Shown: positions 20,171 through 30,175, counted from the stretch's first letter. The stretch is 64,000 bases of DNA from Gammaproteobacteria bacterium (GCA_965203475.1 OZ241890.1:1873448-1937447); one strand, 5' to 3'. The notes: generated by a model not told the origin, from the letters alone. Numbers and translations are program-made.

Positions 20171-20677
20171 TTGTATCAATCTTTAGAAAAAATATGTAAT
20201 CGTATCGATACGTTAAATGAACGTGTGGGCCAATTTACTTCATGGCTAGTACTAGCTATGGTGTGCGTGACATTTGCGGTGGTTGTAATGCGTTATGGCT
20301 TTGATTTTGGTCGCATTGCAATGCAAGAATCCATTACTTATTTGCATGCATTTGTGTTTATGTTGGCAGGCGCTTATACCTTAAAACATAACGAACATGT
20401 TCGGGTAGATATATTTTATCAGAGCATGGATTCGAAAAATAAAGCGAGGGTAGATTTTTTTGGAAGTATTTTTTTATTGCTTCCAATTTCAATTTTTATT
20501 CTCTGGATTAGTTTTGATTATGTAAGTAGTTCATGGAAATTACTTGAACAATCACGTGAGGCTGGAGGATTACCATTTGTTTATATTTTAAAAACAGTAA
20601 TCCCAGCAATGGCAATACTTTTACTTCTACAAGCGTTATCTATGTGCGGTAGGGCTTGGTTACGTTTACACAAGTAA
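20171..20677 (+). CDS. TRAP transporter small permease (DctQ-like)
   Basis: 168 aa with 4 TM segments and a TTG start. It lies immediately upstream of the large permease. Confidence 0.75.
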   Translation: MYQSLEKICNRIDTLNERVGQFTSWLVLAMVCVTFAVVVMRYGFDFGRIAMQESITYLHAFVFMLAGAYTLKHNEHVRVDIFYQSMDSKNKARVDFFGSIFLLLPISIFILWISFDYVSSSWKLLEQSREAGGLPFVYILKTVIPAMAILLLLQALSMCGRAWLRLHK

Positions 20678-20684
20678 AAAAGCT

Positions 20685-22064
20685 ATGGAGGTTGTCGCAT
20701 TTATACTTTTCTTGGTCGTAATCTTAGTTTTATTGTTTGGCTATCCTGTGGCTTTTACACTGGGTGGGGTGTCTTTGTTGTTTGCATTTGCGGGAATTGT
20801 TACAGGCACATTTGATCAAGCATTATTGCACGCATTTCCTAGCCGCTTGTTCGGCATTATGACGAATGAAACGCTGATCGCAGTGCCCCTGTTTGTATTT
20901 ATGGGCGTCATGATGGAACGCTCAAAGATCGCAGATGAATTGTTGGACACCATGGCCTCTTTATTCGGCGCTTTACGTGGTGGCCTTGGAATTTCTGTGG
21001 TGCTGGTTGGAATGCTACTCGCCGCCAGTACTGGAATTGTCGGTGCCACAGTAGTCACATTGGGTTTGTTGTCACTTCCCACCATGTTAAAAAAAGGCTA
21101 CCAAGCTGAAATTTCAACCGGGGTAGTTTGTGCTTCTGGCACTCTAGGACAAATCATTCCACCATCCATCATCTTAGTGTTATTAGGTGATGTGCTCTCA
21201 TCAGCTTATCAACAATCTCAGCTAAGCCAAGGCGTCTATTCTCCTGAAACGGTATCGGTGGGTGATTTATTTATTGGTGCAATTATTCCAGGCTTACTGT
21301 TAGTGGCGCTATATCTTTTGTATATCATTTTTGTTGCTTATAGCAAACCCGATACCATGCCGGTGGTGCAGCAAACTACCGAGGTTGATTTTGGCAAATT
21401 AGTGAATCGAATTTTTCGTGCACTGCTACCTCCAGTATTTTTAATAATTGCCGTGTTGGGTTCCATCATTGCTGGAGTGGCTACTCCTACAGAAGCAGCA
21501 TCCGTAGGTGCAATAGGTGCATTGTTATTAGCTTTAATCAATCGCCGGCTTGATCTTCACTGCCTGCGTGATGTGATGCGTAGATCAGTACGTGTTACTT
21601 GCATGGTGTTTATGATTTTTATAGGCGCTTCAATTTTCTCACTCGTGTTTAGAGGTTATGGTGGTGATGATGCTGTACACGAATTTTTAACACAACTTCC
21701 TGGTGGTGTATTTGCAGCCGTATTTATTGTAATGCTACTAATGTTTTTGCTTGGATTTATTTTAGATTTTATTGAAATTACTTTTGTAGTCGTACCAATA
21801 GTTGGACCAGTGCTGTTAAGTTTAGGAGTAGATCCAGTCTGGCTAGGAATAATGATTGCAATAAACTTACAAACTTCTTTTTTAACACCGCCATTTGGTT
21901 TTGCTTTATTTTATTTGCGAGGTGTCGCCCCACAACAAATTCAAACCAAACAAATTTATCGCGGAGTTGCACCTTTTATTGTGATTCAGGTGTTCGCATT
22001 GGCTCTAATTGCTTATTTTCCAGAACTGGCAACCTGGCTGCCGGCAGAAGTGTATACAAAATAA
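20685..22064 (+). CDS. TRAP transporter large permease (DctM-like)
   Basis: 459 aa, polytopic, with DctM family sequence features. Confidence 0.85.
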   Translation: MEVVAFILFLVVILVLLFGYPVAFTLGGVSLLFAFAGIVTGTFDQALLHAFPSRLFGIMTNETLIAVPLFVFMGVMMERSKIADELLDTMASLFGALRGGLGISVVLVGMLLAASTGIVGATVVTLGLLSLPTMLKKGYQAEISTGVVCASGTLGQIIPPSIILVLLGDVLSSAYQQSQLSQGVYSPETVSVGDLFIGAIIPGLLLVALYLLYIIFVAYSKPDTMPVVQQTTEVDFGKLVNRIFRALLPPVFLIIAVLGSIIAGVATPTEAASVGAIGALLLALINRRLDLHCLRDVMRRSVRVTCMVFMIFIGASIFSLVFRGYGGDDAVHEFLTQLPGGVFAAVFIVMLLMFLLGFILDFIEITFVVVPIVGPVLLSLGVDPVWLGIMIAINLQTSFLTPPFGFALFYLRGVAPQQIQTKQIYRGVAPFIVIQVFALALIAYFPELATWLPAEVYTK

Positions 22065-22091
22065 AAAGGCGTTACAGAGAACGCCTTTTTT
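22063..22091. terminator. rho-independent terminator (bidirectional geometry)
   Basis: Arms aaaaaggcgtt / aacgccttttt with loop acagag. An A-run lies before it and a T-run after it. Confidence 0.8.
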
Positions 22092-22115
22092 CTTAAACAA
22101 TATTGTTTTTAAAAA

Positions 22116-22355
22116 TTATTCGTACGGCGAGAAGGTTGGTACCAACTGAAAGTACGCTACTATGGTCATTACTGCATACGCAATACCAAACAGAAACATG
22201 ATGCTTCGATTGAGTGTCGTGGCCCCTTTACCAGCTTCACGCATCGGAATTGAAGTAATCCACAGCGCGATGATTAAATTAACAAGAAAGAATAATTGTG
22301 TTGTGTATTCTTTGGCATCCCACATGGTCCGCCATTTGACGTAAAATTCTTCCAC
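22116..22355 (-). CDS. hypothetical small membrane protein
   Basis: 79 aa with two hydrophobic segments. Confidence 0.35.
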   Translation of the reverse strand: MEEFYVKWRTMWDAKEYTTQLFFLVNLIIALWITSIPMREAGKGATTLNRSIMFLFGIAYAVMTIVAYFQLVPTFSPYE

Positions 22356-22419
22356 TATTCTGCCTCCATTTCTGGACTTTTTTTATGGTTATTCTTAACT
22401 TTAATATGCCAGTTGTATG

Positions 22420-23526
22420 CTATCCAGCACGTAAGTTCAAGTAGGCTCGCTCAGAAATATCCAGCCAGGCCCTAGATTTCTTGAAAAATTCACGGTAAGA
22501 ATCAAATATTCTGCGTGCCAATGGGTCACTATAGCCAAGTTCAGCCGTGGCTTCTTCTGAAAGTTTAGCTAATTTTTGTATCACTTCATTCGGTAATTCA
22601 CGTACATCTACGTTGTGCTCATTCACCAAGGTTTCGAGTGCATCGTTATTGCGAGCGACGTATTCCAACAACATATCTTGATTAGCCACACGACAGGCAT
22701 TCATCACAATACTCTGCAAATCTTCCGGTAACTCATCAAATGCTGTTTTGTTGATAAAGCATTCTAAAGTCGTACCTGGTTCATGCCAGCCTGGATAATA
22801 GTAATACTTGGCTATTTTATGAAAACCAAACGCCAAATCATTGTAGGGCCCCACCCACTCCGTGGCATCGATCGCACCCGATTGTAATGACGTAAATAAC
22901 TCGCCCCCGGGTAAATTCACCGGTGTACCTCCTGCGCGTTTTAAAACTTCTCCCGCTAACCCGGGAATGCGCATTTTTAAACCTTTTAAATCATCCAGCG
23001 TATTTATTTCTTTATTAAACCAACCCGCCATTTGTACTCCAGTATTTCCCGAAGCCGCAGGTACTAAACCAAATTGACTATACGCATCTTTCCATAACCC
23101 CATGCCTCCACCATGGTACAACCAACTATTCATTTCTAAAGCCGTCATACCAAAGGGTGTGGTGGAAAAAAACTGTAATGCAGGATATTTGCCTTTCCAG
23201 TAATAAGCTGAGCCATGACCCATCTGTGCAGAACCATTAGCGACTGCATCAAAAATTTCAAAAGCAGGAACCAACTCACCTGCACCATATACTTTTACAT
23301 GAATACGTCCATTGGACATGGTGTTAATTTGCTCTGCTAAAAATTCAGCACCGGTACCCAAGCCTGGAAAATTTTTAGGCCAGGTCGTAACCATTTTCCA
23401 TTCCCAGGTTTGTGAATTACCACTAGTGACTTCAGAGGTTTCAGAATTAGTTTCTTTTTGACATGCCGCCAATCCACCTAAAGCTGCACTTGCACCGGCA
23501 TACTGTAAAAATTTTCTTCGTTTCAT
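22420..23526 (-). CDS. TRAP transporter substrate-binding protein (DctP family, COG4663-like)
   Basis: 368 aa. The N-terminus RRKFLQYAGASAALGGLAAC is Tat/lipobox-like, followed by a DctP-type solute-binding fold. Confidence 0.8.
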   Translation of the reverse strand: MKRRKFLQYAGASAALGGLAACQKETNSETSEVTSGNSQTWEWKMVTTWPKNFPGLGTGAEFLAEQINTMSNGRIHVKVYGAGELVPAFEIFDAVANGSAQMGHGSAYYWKGKYPALQFFSTTPFGMTALEMNSWLYHGGGMGLWKDAYSQFGLVPAASGNTGVQMAGWFNKEINTLDDLKGLKMRIPGLAGEVLKRAGGTPVNLPGGELFTSLQSGAIDATEWVGPYNDLAFGFHKIAKYYYYPGWHEPGTTLECFINKTAFDELPEDLQSIVMNACRVANQDMLLEYVARNNDALETLVNEHNVDVRELPNEVIQKLAKLSEEATAELGYSDPLARRIFDSYREFFKKSRAWLDISERAYLNLRAG

Positions 23527-23551
23527 AATTGAGATTCTTGTAATTACTTTT

Positions 23552-25720
23552 TTATGCGATCACTTGTAAGTTTGCATAGGCGATTACTAACCATTTACTC
23601 CCTGCTTGCTCAAAGTGCACTTGCACGCGCGCACTGCTACCTTTGCCCTCACAATCTAATACTATACCCTCTCCAAATTTTGCATGGGATACTCGACTGC
23701 CAATTTTTATCCCAATCTCTTCTTCGAAAGTGCTGGTCTCTTTTAAAGAACGCTTCGGTTGTGTAACCATGGCACGCGGTCGTACTTCAGCAATCAATTC
23801 CGCAGGTATTTCACTGATAAACCTTGATGGAGGATTATAACTATCTGACCCATATTGCCGGCGGGATTCTGCATAGGTAATGACGAGTTGTTGACGCGCA
23901 CGTGTGATACCTACATAACAAAGTCGACGCTCTTCTTCTAAACGTCCCGGCTCCTCCATCGACATGCTGGAAGGAAATAGTCCTTCCTCTAACCCCACAA
24001 TAAACACTAGAGGAAACTCTAACCCTTTGGCTGCATGCAGTGTCATCAATTGCACGCAGTCATCCCATTGAGCGCCTTGGCCTTCTCCAGCTTCCAATGC
24101 CGCATGGGTTAAAAAAGCATCTAGAGGCTGCATTTCTGCATACAGTTCGTTATCTAGTTGAAAACCCCGTGCCGCAACCACTAATTCTTCTAAGTTCTCA
24201 ACCCGTGACTTGGCTTTTTCGCTGTTATCACGTCCATGATAGTTCACAAGCCCAGAAGCGTGTATAACATGATCGACCTGTTCGGCTAAACCTAAGGTAT
24301 CAATGTCCTGGGTTAATTTTTGCATCAACTGTAAAAACGTTTGTACAGCATTGCCGGCTCTTGCCGTTAACATATTCGCCTGCAAAATTTTCTCTGATGC
24401 TTGCCATAAAGTAATGGAATGTTGTTTGGCAAAATCACGAATCAAAGCAACAGTTCTTTGCCCAATACCTCGAGTTGGAACATTGATAATGCGCTCAAAC
24501 GATGGATCATCATCTAAATTTTTAGCTAAGCGCAAATAGGCCAGCGCATCTTTTATTTCTGCGCGTTCGAAGAATCGTAAACCTCCGTACACGCGATATG
24601 GAATACTTTGTGCAATAAATACTTCTTCAAACACGCGTGACTGTGCATTGGAACGATACAAAACGGCAACTTCTTCACGCTTACCATTACAAGTTTCTAT
24701 CCAATGTTTTATTTTATCTGCAACAAAACGCGCTTCATCTTGCTCATTAAAGGATGCATATAAATAAATAGGTTCGCCATCATCGCCATCGGTCCATAAC
24801 TTTTTACCCATGCGGCCTTGGTTGTTTCCAATTAAAGAATTGGCGGCTGATAAAATGGTATTGGTCGATCGATAATTTTGTTCAAGCCTAAATATTTCTA
24901 CACTTTTAAAATCTTTTTCAAAGCTATAAATATTTTCAATACGCGCACCTCGCCAACCATAAATCGATTGATCATCATCCCCTACCGCAAAGATTGGGTT
25001 ATTTTGTCCAGCCAAAATTTTTAACCATTGATATTGAATGCTATTAGTGTCTTGAAATTCATCCACCAAAATATGTCTAAATTTGGTTTGATAATGAGTC
25101 AGTAGTTCTGAGTTTTGTTGTAGTAATTCTAGAGAACGTAATAACAACTCAGCAAAATCAACTAGTCCGGTTTGCTCGCATGTTTCTTGGTAGGCTGTAT
25201 AAATTCGTATTAGTTGTCGCTCGGTGATGTCACCATGGTCTTGTAAATCTTTTGGCCGTATACCTTCTTCTTTTTTAGCATTGATATACCAACGTGCATG
25301 TTTTGGTGGCCATTTAGTATCATCTAAACCTAAACCTTGAATAATACGTTTCACTAAGCGTAATTGATCATCGCTATCAAGAATTTGAAAATTTTGCTTA
25401 AGCTTGGCTTCTTGCCAGTGACTGCGTAGTAGACGATGCGAAATACCATGAAAAGTACCAATCCACATGCCACCCAATTGAGAATTCAACAAACTCTCCA
25501 CCCGTGCCCGCATTTCAGAAGCAGCCTTATTAGTAAAGGTGACCGCTAAAATACTAAACGGCGAAATCCCCTCCACATCACAGAGCCATGCCATGCGGTG
25601 CACCAATACCCTTGTTTTACCGCTGCCAGCACCAGCAATGACCAATGCCGGATACATGTCTGAAGTGACCGCTTCACGCTGAGCATCGTTTAGGGGATCA
25701 AGTATTGACGTTACGTCCAT
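23552..25720 (-). CDS. uvrD: DNA helicase II
   Basis: UvrD/Rep SF1 motifs GAGSGKT, DEFQDT and QNYRS. I set the start at MDVTSILDPLNDAQ (ATG at 25720), which removes the overlap with ubiB. Confidence 0.93.
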   Translation of the reverse strand: MDVTSILDPLNDAQREAVTSDMYPALVIAGAGSGKTRVLVHRMAWLCDVEGISPFSILAVTFTNKAASEMRARVESLLNSQLGGMWIGTFHGISHRLLRSHWQEAKLKQNFQILDSDDQLRLVKRIIQGLGLDDTKWPPKHARWYINAKKEEGIRPKDLQDHGDITERQLIRIYTAYQETCEQTGLVDFAELLLRSLELLQQNSELLTHYQTKFRHILVDEFQDTNSIQYQWLKILAGQNNPIFAVGDDDQSIYGWRGARIENIYSFEKDFKSVEIFRLEQNYRSTNTILSAANSLIGNNQGRMGKKLWTDGDDGEPIYLYASFNEQDEARFVADKIKHWIETCNGKREEVAVLYRSNAQSRVFEEVFIAQSIPYRVYGGLRFFERAEIKDALAYLRLAKNLDDDPSFERIINVPTRGIGQRTVALIRDFAKQHSITLWQASEKILQANMLTARAGNAVQTFLQLMQKLTQDIDTLGLAEQVDHVIHASGLVNYHGRDNSEKAKSRVENLEELVVAARGFQLDNELYAEMQPLDAFLTHAALEAGEGQGAQWDDCVQLMTLHAAKGLEFPLVFIVGLEEGLFPSSMSMEEPGRLEEERRLCYVGITRARQQLVITYAESRRQYGSDSYNPPSRFISEIPAELIAEVRPRAMVTQPKRSLKETSTFEEEIGIKIGSRVSHAKFGEGIVLDCEGKGSSARVQVHFEQAGSKWLVIAYANLQVIA

Positions 25721-25730
25721 CTTGGTTAAG

Positions 25731-27293
25731 CTAGAAATACCACATCGATAACAGTACACCAGCCAATGATATCAACACGACAGCAATTAAGTTTCGGTTG
25801 GATTGTTTAATTTCTTTACGAATAGCTTCCAGTTCTTGACTGTGCATTTCTAACCGGGTGTTGCCTTGCTCAATGGTTTTAAGCGTTGAATACACTAGAT
25901 CCGGAATTTCTGGTAAGCGTTCAGCTACTCTTGGTAATTGTTTTTGAAGGCCTGTTACCAATGCACGAACACCAACCTGTTCGCTCATCCAGCGATCTAA
26001 AAAGGGTTTGGCGGTTTTCCACAAATCTAAATCAGGATCTAGTTGCCGACCTAGGCCTTCAATATTTAAAAGTGTTTTTTGTAATAACACCAATTGCGGT
26101 TGTACTTCCATATTAAAGCGTCTTGCCGTTTGGAACAGTCGTAGTAATAAATTACCAAAGGAAATTTGGCTTAATGGACGTTGGAAAATCGGTTCACATA
26201 CGGTTCGAATAGCCGATTCAAATTGATCCACGCGTGTATCAGATGGAACCCAACCAGATTCCAAATGAAGTTCTGCTACGCGATGGTAATCACGATTTAA
26301 AAATGCAAGTAAGTTTTCAGCTAAGTAACGTTGATCAGAAGGTGACAAAGTACCCATAATGCCAAAATCAACGCCTACATATTTTGGATCTTCTGGATTT
26401 TCATACGAAACAAAAATATTTCCAGGATGCATATCGGCATGAAAAAAATTGTGGCTGAACACTTGCGTAAAAAAGATATGACTGCCGCGATCCGATAATT
26501 TTTTAAGATTAACACCATGTTTTCGCAATGCGTCAATATCATTTACCGGAATTCCATGAATACGCTCCTGCACCATGACATTGCGCGTACACAATTCAAA
26601 ATATACTTCAGGTACATACAAATCACTTGAGTTTTCAAAATTTCGACGCAATTGGCTGGCATTGGAAGCTTCACGCATTAAATCCAATTCATCTATAATG
26701 ATTTGTTCATATTCTTGGACCACTTCTTTGGGGCGCAAGCGTCGTCCATCCTCCCAATAGCGATGTGCAATGGCAGCCAAGGCATGCATCAGTTCTAAAT
26801 CTTTTCGCACCTGTTTTTCCACACCAGGCCGTAACACTTTTACTACAACTTCCGTTCCATCATGCAGCTTGGCAGTATGCACCTGAGCAATGGAAGCTGA
26901 AGCTAGAGGTTCTACACTAAATTCAGCAAAGGCTTGAGATACAGGCTGTTTTAAGGATTTTTCAATCAGTTGCTGTGCAATTTCACCAGAGAACGGGGGA
27001 ACCTGGTCTTGCAGTTTCGTGAGCTCATCAGCGATATCTTCTGAGAGCAAATCACGCCTTGTGGATAACGCCTGACCAAACTTAACAAAAATTGGACCTA
27101 AGTCTTCAAGTGCACCTCGAATTCTTGCGCCATCAGAGATTTCAAGTTTTCGAAACCAATGCCAGGGTAGTAAGAACAATAAAAAACGGATGGGCCTGAA
27201 GAAAGGTACTTCAAGTAGCACTTCTTCTAAGCCATGGCGAAACAACACCACATTAATGTGAAAAATTCTAAAGATGAGCCGAAGATAGCGCAT
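25731..27293 (-). CDS. ubiB: ubiquinone biosynthesis regulatory protein kinase UbiB
   Basis: 520 aa, ABC1/ADCK family (ASIAQVH, HADMHPGN), with C-terminal TM segments. It belongs to the ubiE-ubiJ-ubiB operon. Confidence 0.93.
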   Translation of the reverse strand: MRYLRLIFRIFHINVVLFRHGLEEVLLEVPFFRPIRFLLFLLPWHWFRKLEISDGARIRGALEDLGPIFVKFGQALSTRRDLLSEDIADELTKLQDQVPPFSGEIAQQLIEKSLKQPVSQAFAEFSVEPLASASIAQVHTAKLHDGTEVVVKVLRPGVEKQVRKDLELMHALAAIAHRYWEDGRRLRPKEVVQEYEQIIIDELDLMREASNASQLRRNFENSSDLYVPEVYFELCTRNVMVQERIHGIPVNDIDALRKHGVNLKKLSDRGSHIFFTQVFSHNFFHADMHPGNIFVSYENPEDPKYVGVDFGIMGTLSPSDQRYLAENLLAFLNRDYHRVAELHLESGWVPSDTRVDQFESAIRTVCEPIFQRPLSQISFGNLLLRLFQTARRFNMEVQPQLVLLQKTLLNIEGLGRQLDPDLDLWKTAKPFLDRWMSEQVGVRALVTGLQKQLPRVAERLPEIPDLVYSTLKTIEQGNTRLEMHSQELEAIRKEIKQSNRNLIAVVLISLAGVLLSMWYF

Positions 27294-27904
27294 TAGTTAT
27301 TCTGCGCCTGTACCACACGTTCAATTCGTGCCTCTAATCGTTCTACATCGGCACCCAAGTTATCAACATCATTAACGAATTTATTAATTTCAACTCGTGT
27401 AGGCACAATGCGAGATTCTTCCTGTAAATATTCGCTAACATCTAAACGAAAATTCTCTGTAGAACGTTTTCGATACTTATGAAACCGTTTTGCAAAAATA
27501 CCTAATTGATAAGCGATAGGATCACCTACATATTTCGAAGCTATTTCTTCCCAATCAATTTCAACTTCTTTAACAATATTCTGCAGCTCATTGGCAAATT
27601 CGGTATCGCCCTCAATTTTTATCGAATCTGTTTGTAGTAGTGATTGAAAATTAGCACCTAAGCCTAATCGAAGTAAACTTACGATGTTGCTTTGGATGGT
27701 AGTAGTAATATTTTCTGCTTCAATTTGCTCCGTAACTTCTTCCACAACTAATGTTGAATCTTTAGGCGTTATTAAAAAATCTTGTTTTATATCGGTAAGT
27801 TTTAATAATAATGTTTGATCGTTAAATTGGTTTAGCTGAGTTGCAATTTCTGGATCTGCCGCAAAATATTTATTTATGGCTTTGTTAATTACATCTAACA
27901 ACAT
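27293..27904 (-). CDS. ubiJ: ubiquinone biosynthesis accessory factor UbiJ (SCP2 domain)
   Basis: 203 aa, located between ubiE and ubiB, with a start/stop overlap with ubiB. Confidence 0.75.
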   Translation of the reverse strand: MLLDVINKAINKYFAADPEIATQLNQFNDQTLLLKLTDIKQDFLITPKDSTLVVEEVTEQIEAENITTTIQSNIVSLLRLGLGANFQSLLQTDSIKIEGDTEFANELQNIVKEVEIDWEEIASKYVGDPIAYQLGIFAKRFHKYRKRSTENFRLDVSEYLQEESRIVPTRVEINKFVNDVDNLGADVERLEARIERVVQAQNN

Positions 27905-27912
27905 GATGAATA

Positions 27913-28662
27913 CTATGCTGAAAGTTTATGGGCACGGTGAATGCAAACTATTCCACCACTCATGTTTAAATAATCGCATTGCTCAAAACCTACATCTTCT
28001 AACATGTTTTGCAATGTTTGTTGATCAGGGTGTTTGCGAATGGATTCGGCTAGATACTGATAACTAGAAGCATCTTTTGCAATGAGCTCACCCATTTTTG
28101 GTAATACATTAAATGAGTAGGTATCGTATATTTTATGTAACCAAGCCTGTGGTTTTGAAAATTCTAAAATGAGTATCTGTCCACCCGGTTTAACCGTTTT
28201 ATAAATACAACGTAATGCGTTTTCTTTATTGGTAAAATTTCGAAGACCAAATGCAAGTGTGACTCGATCAAAACAATTTTCAGGGAATGGCAAATCCTCC
28301 GCCATCGCCTGTACAAATTTAACTTGTTTAAATAAACCTCGATCAATGAGACGTGCTCGCCCTTCTTCTAACATGGCCCCATTAGAATCGCACATGGTAA
28401 TTAAACCTTGTTCATTCAATTTAGGCGCCAAAAGTGCTGTGATATCACCGGTGCCGGCAGCTAAGTCTAAAATTTGAAAATGTGGTCGAATATTTGCAAT
28501 GTGCACAAAATAACGTTTCCAAATGCGATGCATACCGAATGACATGACATCGTTCATCAAATCATAGTTTTGAGCAACCGAGTCAAACACCGCCCCGACT
28601 TTTTCAGTTTTTTCATTCGGGCTGACATCTTCATAGCCAAAATGTGTGGTTTTTTCAGGCAT
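27913..28662 (-). CDS. ubiE: ubiquinone/menaquinone C-methyltransferase
   Basis: 249 aa with the SAM motif LDLAAGTGD and the motifs FGLRN and GG...ILEFS. Confidence 0.95.
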   Translation of the reverse strand: MPEKTTHFGYEDVSPNEKTEKVGAVFDSVAQNYDLMNDVMSFGMHRIWKRYFVHIANIRPHFQILDLAAGTGDITALLAPKLNEQGLITMCDSNGAMLEEGRARLIDRGLFKQVKFVQAMAEDLPFPENCFDRVTLAFGLRNFTNKENALRCIYKTVKPGGQILILEFSKPQAWLHKIYDTYSFNVLPKMGELIAKDASSYQYLAESIRKHPDQQTLQNMLEDVGFEQCDYLNMSGGIVCIHRAHKLSA

Positions 28663-28809
28663 TTACGATCGATGGAATTATTCTTCTAATGCCTACAGTT
28701 TAAACAAAATATCAGGGCATGGGCATTAGAATTTATGCTGCTAGGATTAGTTGATATTTGCTAGAGTTAATTGCATTGAAACCGGTTGTGGGCATTGGAC
28801 ATTATCAAT

Positions 28810-28995
28810 ATGGAATCATTTATCAACATGAATCTACCCTCATTTTTGATGTTGATATTTTTCATCGGTGTCGTGATTTCTATTTGGAAGGCACTAGACC
28901 CGATTCGACAACAAAACCGAAGGCCAAAATATTTTTTAATCACACTAGTTTGTTTTATAGGATTTTTATTTGTTAGTTATTGGGATAAAACTTAA
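28810..28995 (+). CDS. hypothetical 2-TM small membrane protein (first ORF of accessory island 1)
   Basis: The ATG lies directly after the repeat-end-like 13-mer ggacattatcaat. There are two hydrophobic helices. The ORF ends 5 nt before the acetyltransferase ATG. Confidence 0.35.
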   Translation: MESFINMNLPSFLMLIFFIGVVISIWKALDPIRQQNRRPKYFLITLVCFIGFLFVSYWDKT

Positions 28996-29000
28996 AAATT

Positions 29001-29447
29001 ATGACCAAAGTCAAAGTTCTAGGAAAGGATGACTTTAAATCCTTAAACGAGTTGTTAAGATTATATGAAGACGTCTTTGAAATGAAAGACTTTGTTATGC
29101 CTAGTGATAACTATCTTCAATCATTACTAGTAAAGGAAGGGCTTACTTTTTTAGTTGCGATAATTGATGAAAAAATTGTGGGTGGACTAACGGCACATGA
29201 CTTGCCTTCAACTTATTTTGAAGCTAATGAAGTGTATGTTTACGATTTGGCGGTTGCAAAAAAACACCAATACCAGGGCATTGGGAAATTACTTTTAACT
29301 GAGCTTAAAAAGATATGTCATCAAAAAGGTGAGCGTGAATTCTTTTTACAGGCTGATATCAATGATTCACATGCCATTGACTTTTACCGCTCAACCGGTG
29401 GAATTCCGGAAGAAGTAATTCACTTTTCGTATAATACTACTAAGTAG
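29001..29447 (+). CDS. GNAT N-acetyltransferase of the AAC(3)-I (gentamicin 3-N-acetyltransferase) family
   Basis: 148 aa. It aligns by eye along its whole length with AacC1: P.D.YL..LL, VGGL.A..LP, E.Y.YDLAV...H..QGI, QAD..D..A..FY...G, EV.HF. Confidence 0.75.
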   Translation: MTKVKVLGKDDFKSLNELLRLYEDVFEMKDFVMPSDNYLQSLLVKEGLTFLVAIIDEKIVGGLTAHDLPSTYFEANEVYVYDLAVAKKHQYQGIGKLLLTELKKICHQKGEREFFLQADINDSHAIDFYRSTGGIPEEVIHFSYNTTK

Positions 29448-29474
29448 AATAAATTAGGTTGGTACCAATAAACT

Positions 29475-29595
29475 ACAAACATAAATTGTCGGCTTGCGAC
29501 CCTGAGCGCATGGATGCGCGAATAAGAGTTCCATCAAGGATGATGCAGCAGATTAATATTCTTATAATGCCTGCTAACGACCCAAAGCGGACATT
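29475..29595 (+). repeat. structured 121-nt repeat, copy A1 (full element)
   Basis: Positions 29501-29595 are 95/95 identical to 30202-30296. The ends are imperfectly inverted (aattgtcggcttgcgaccc / gacccaaagcggacatt). Internal hairpins are gcgcat-gg-atgcgc and catca-agga-tgatg. Confidence 0.9.
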
Positions 29596-29622
29596 ATAAA
29601 TTCAAATCAATTTCCTCTAAGA

Positions 29623-30117
29623 ATGCTAAAAAAGATTGAACGATCTAATGCTGACAAAATTTTAAGACGATTTGCTAATCGAATTAAACCAATAGGATTT
29701 ATCAGGACGAAAACAACATTCTTTGTTCGAGATACTGATTTAGTTGCAGAATTTATTCATGTGCATAAATATACTTTTGGACCATACTTCCGCATACATA
29801 CATGTATAAGAGTTCTAAATGATGCGAGAGACTTTATTGCCTTAACTGGCCCAATTGAGAGTGAATTTAAAACAAAGACATATAAATTTGAATTTGATGA
29901 ATCAAAAGAGTCTGTGGAAAATTGTGCTGAGGAAATGGCTAATTTTGTAGAAAATGAATCTGTTCCTTGGTTTAAACGTTGGGAAAATACGAAGTTATTG
30001 CTTGATGATGACTCTCCATTAAATGATCAAGATAAACAGTATTTAACTGATGCGATGCAAGGAAATGTAATAAAAAAATACGTAGAGCAATCAAGAGCAT
30101 TACTGAAACTTCAATGA
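29623..30117 (+). CDS. hypothetical protein (pattern reminiscent of DUF4304)
   Basis: 164-aa ORF lying between repeat copies A1 and A2. Confidence 0.5.
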   Translation: MLKKIERSNADKILRRFANRIKPIGFIRTKTTFFVRDTDLVAEFIHVHKYTFGPYFRIHTCIRVLNDARDFIALTGPIESEFKTKTYKFEFDESKESVENCAEEMANFVENESVPWFKRWENTKLLLDDDSPLNDQDKQYLTDAMQGNVIKKYVEQSRALLKLQ

Positions 30118-30175
30118 TCGCTATTGGCTGAAAGGAGACTTAATTGAGGTTTAAAGAGGTTGGATTCAAAAATTT

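Noticed and set aside
28758-28976. 72-aa ORF overlapping the small membrane ORF upstream of the acetyltransferase
   Set aside because: It is in a different frame from the 2-TM ORF and its translation is not protein-like. The membrane ORF fits the ggacatt-ATG junction pattern better. Both calls remain weak.
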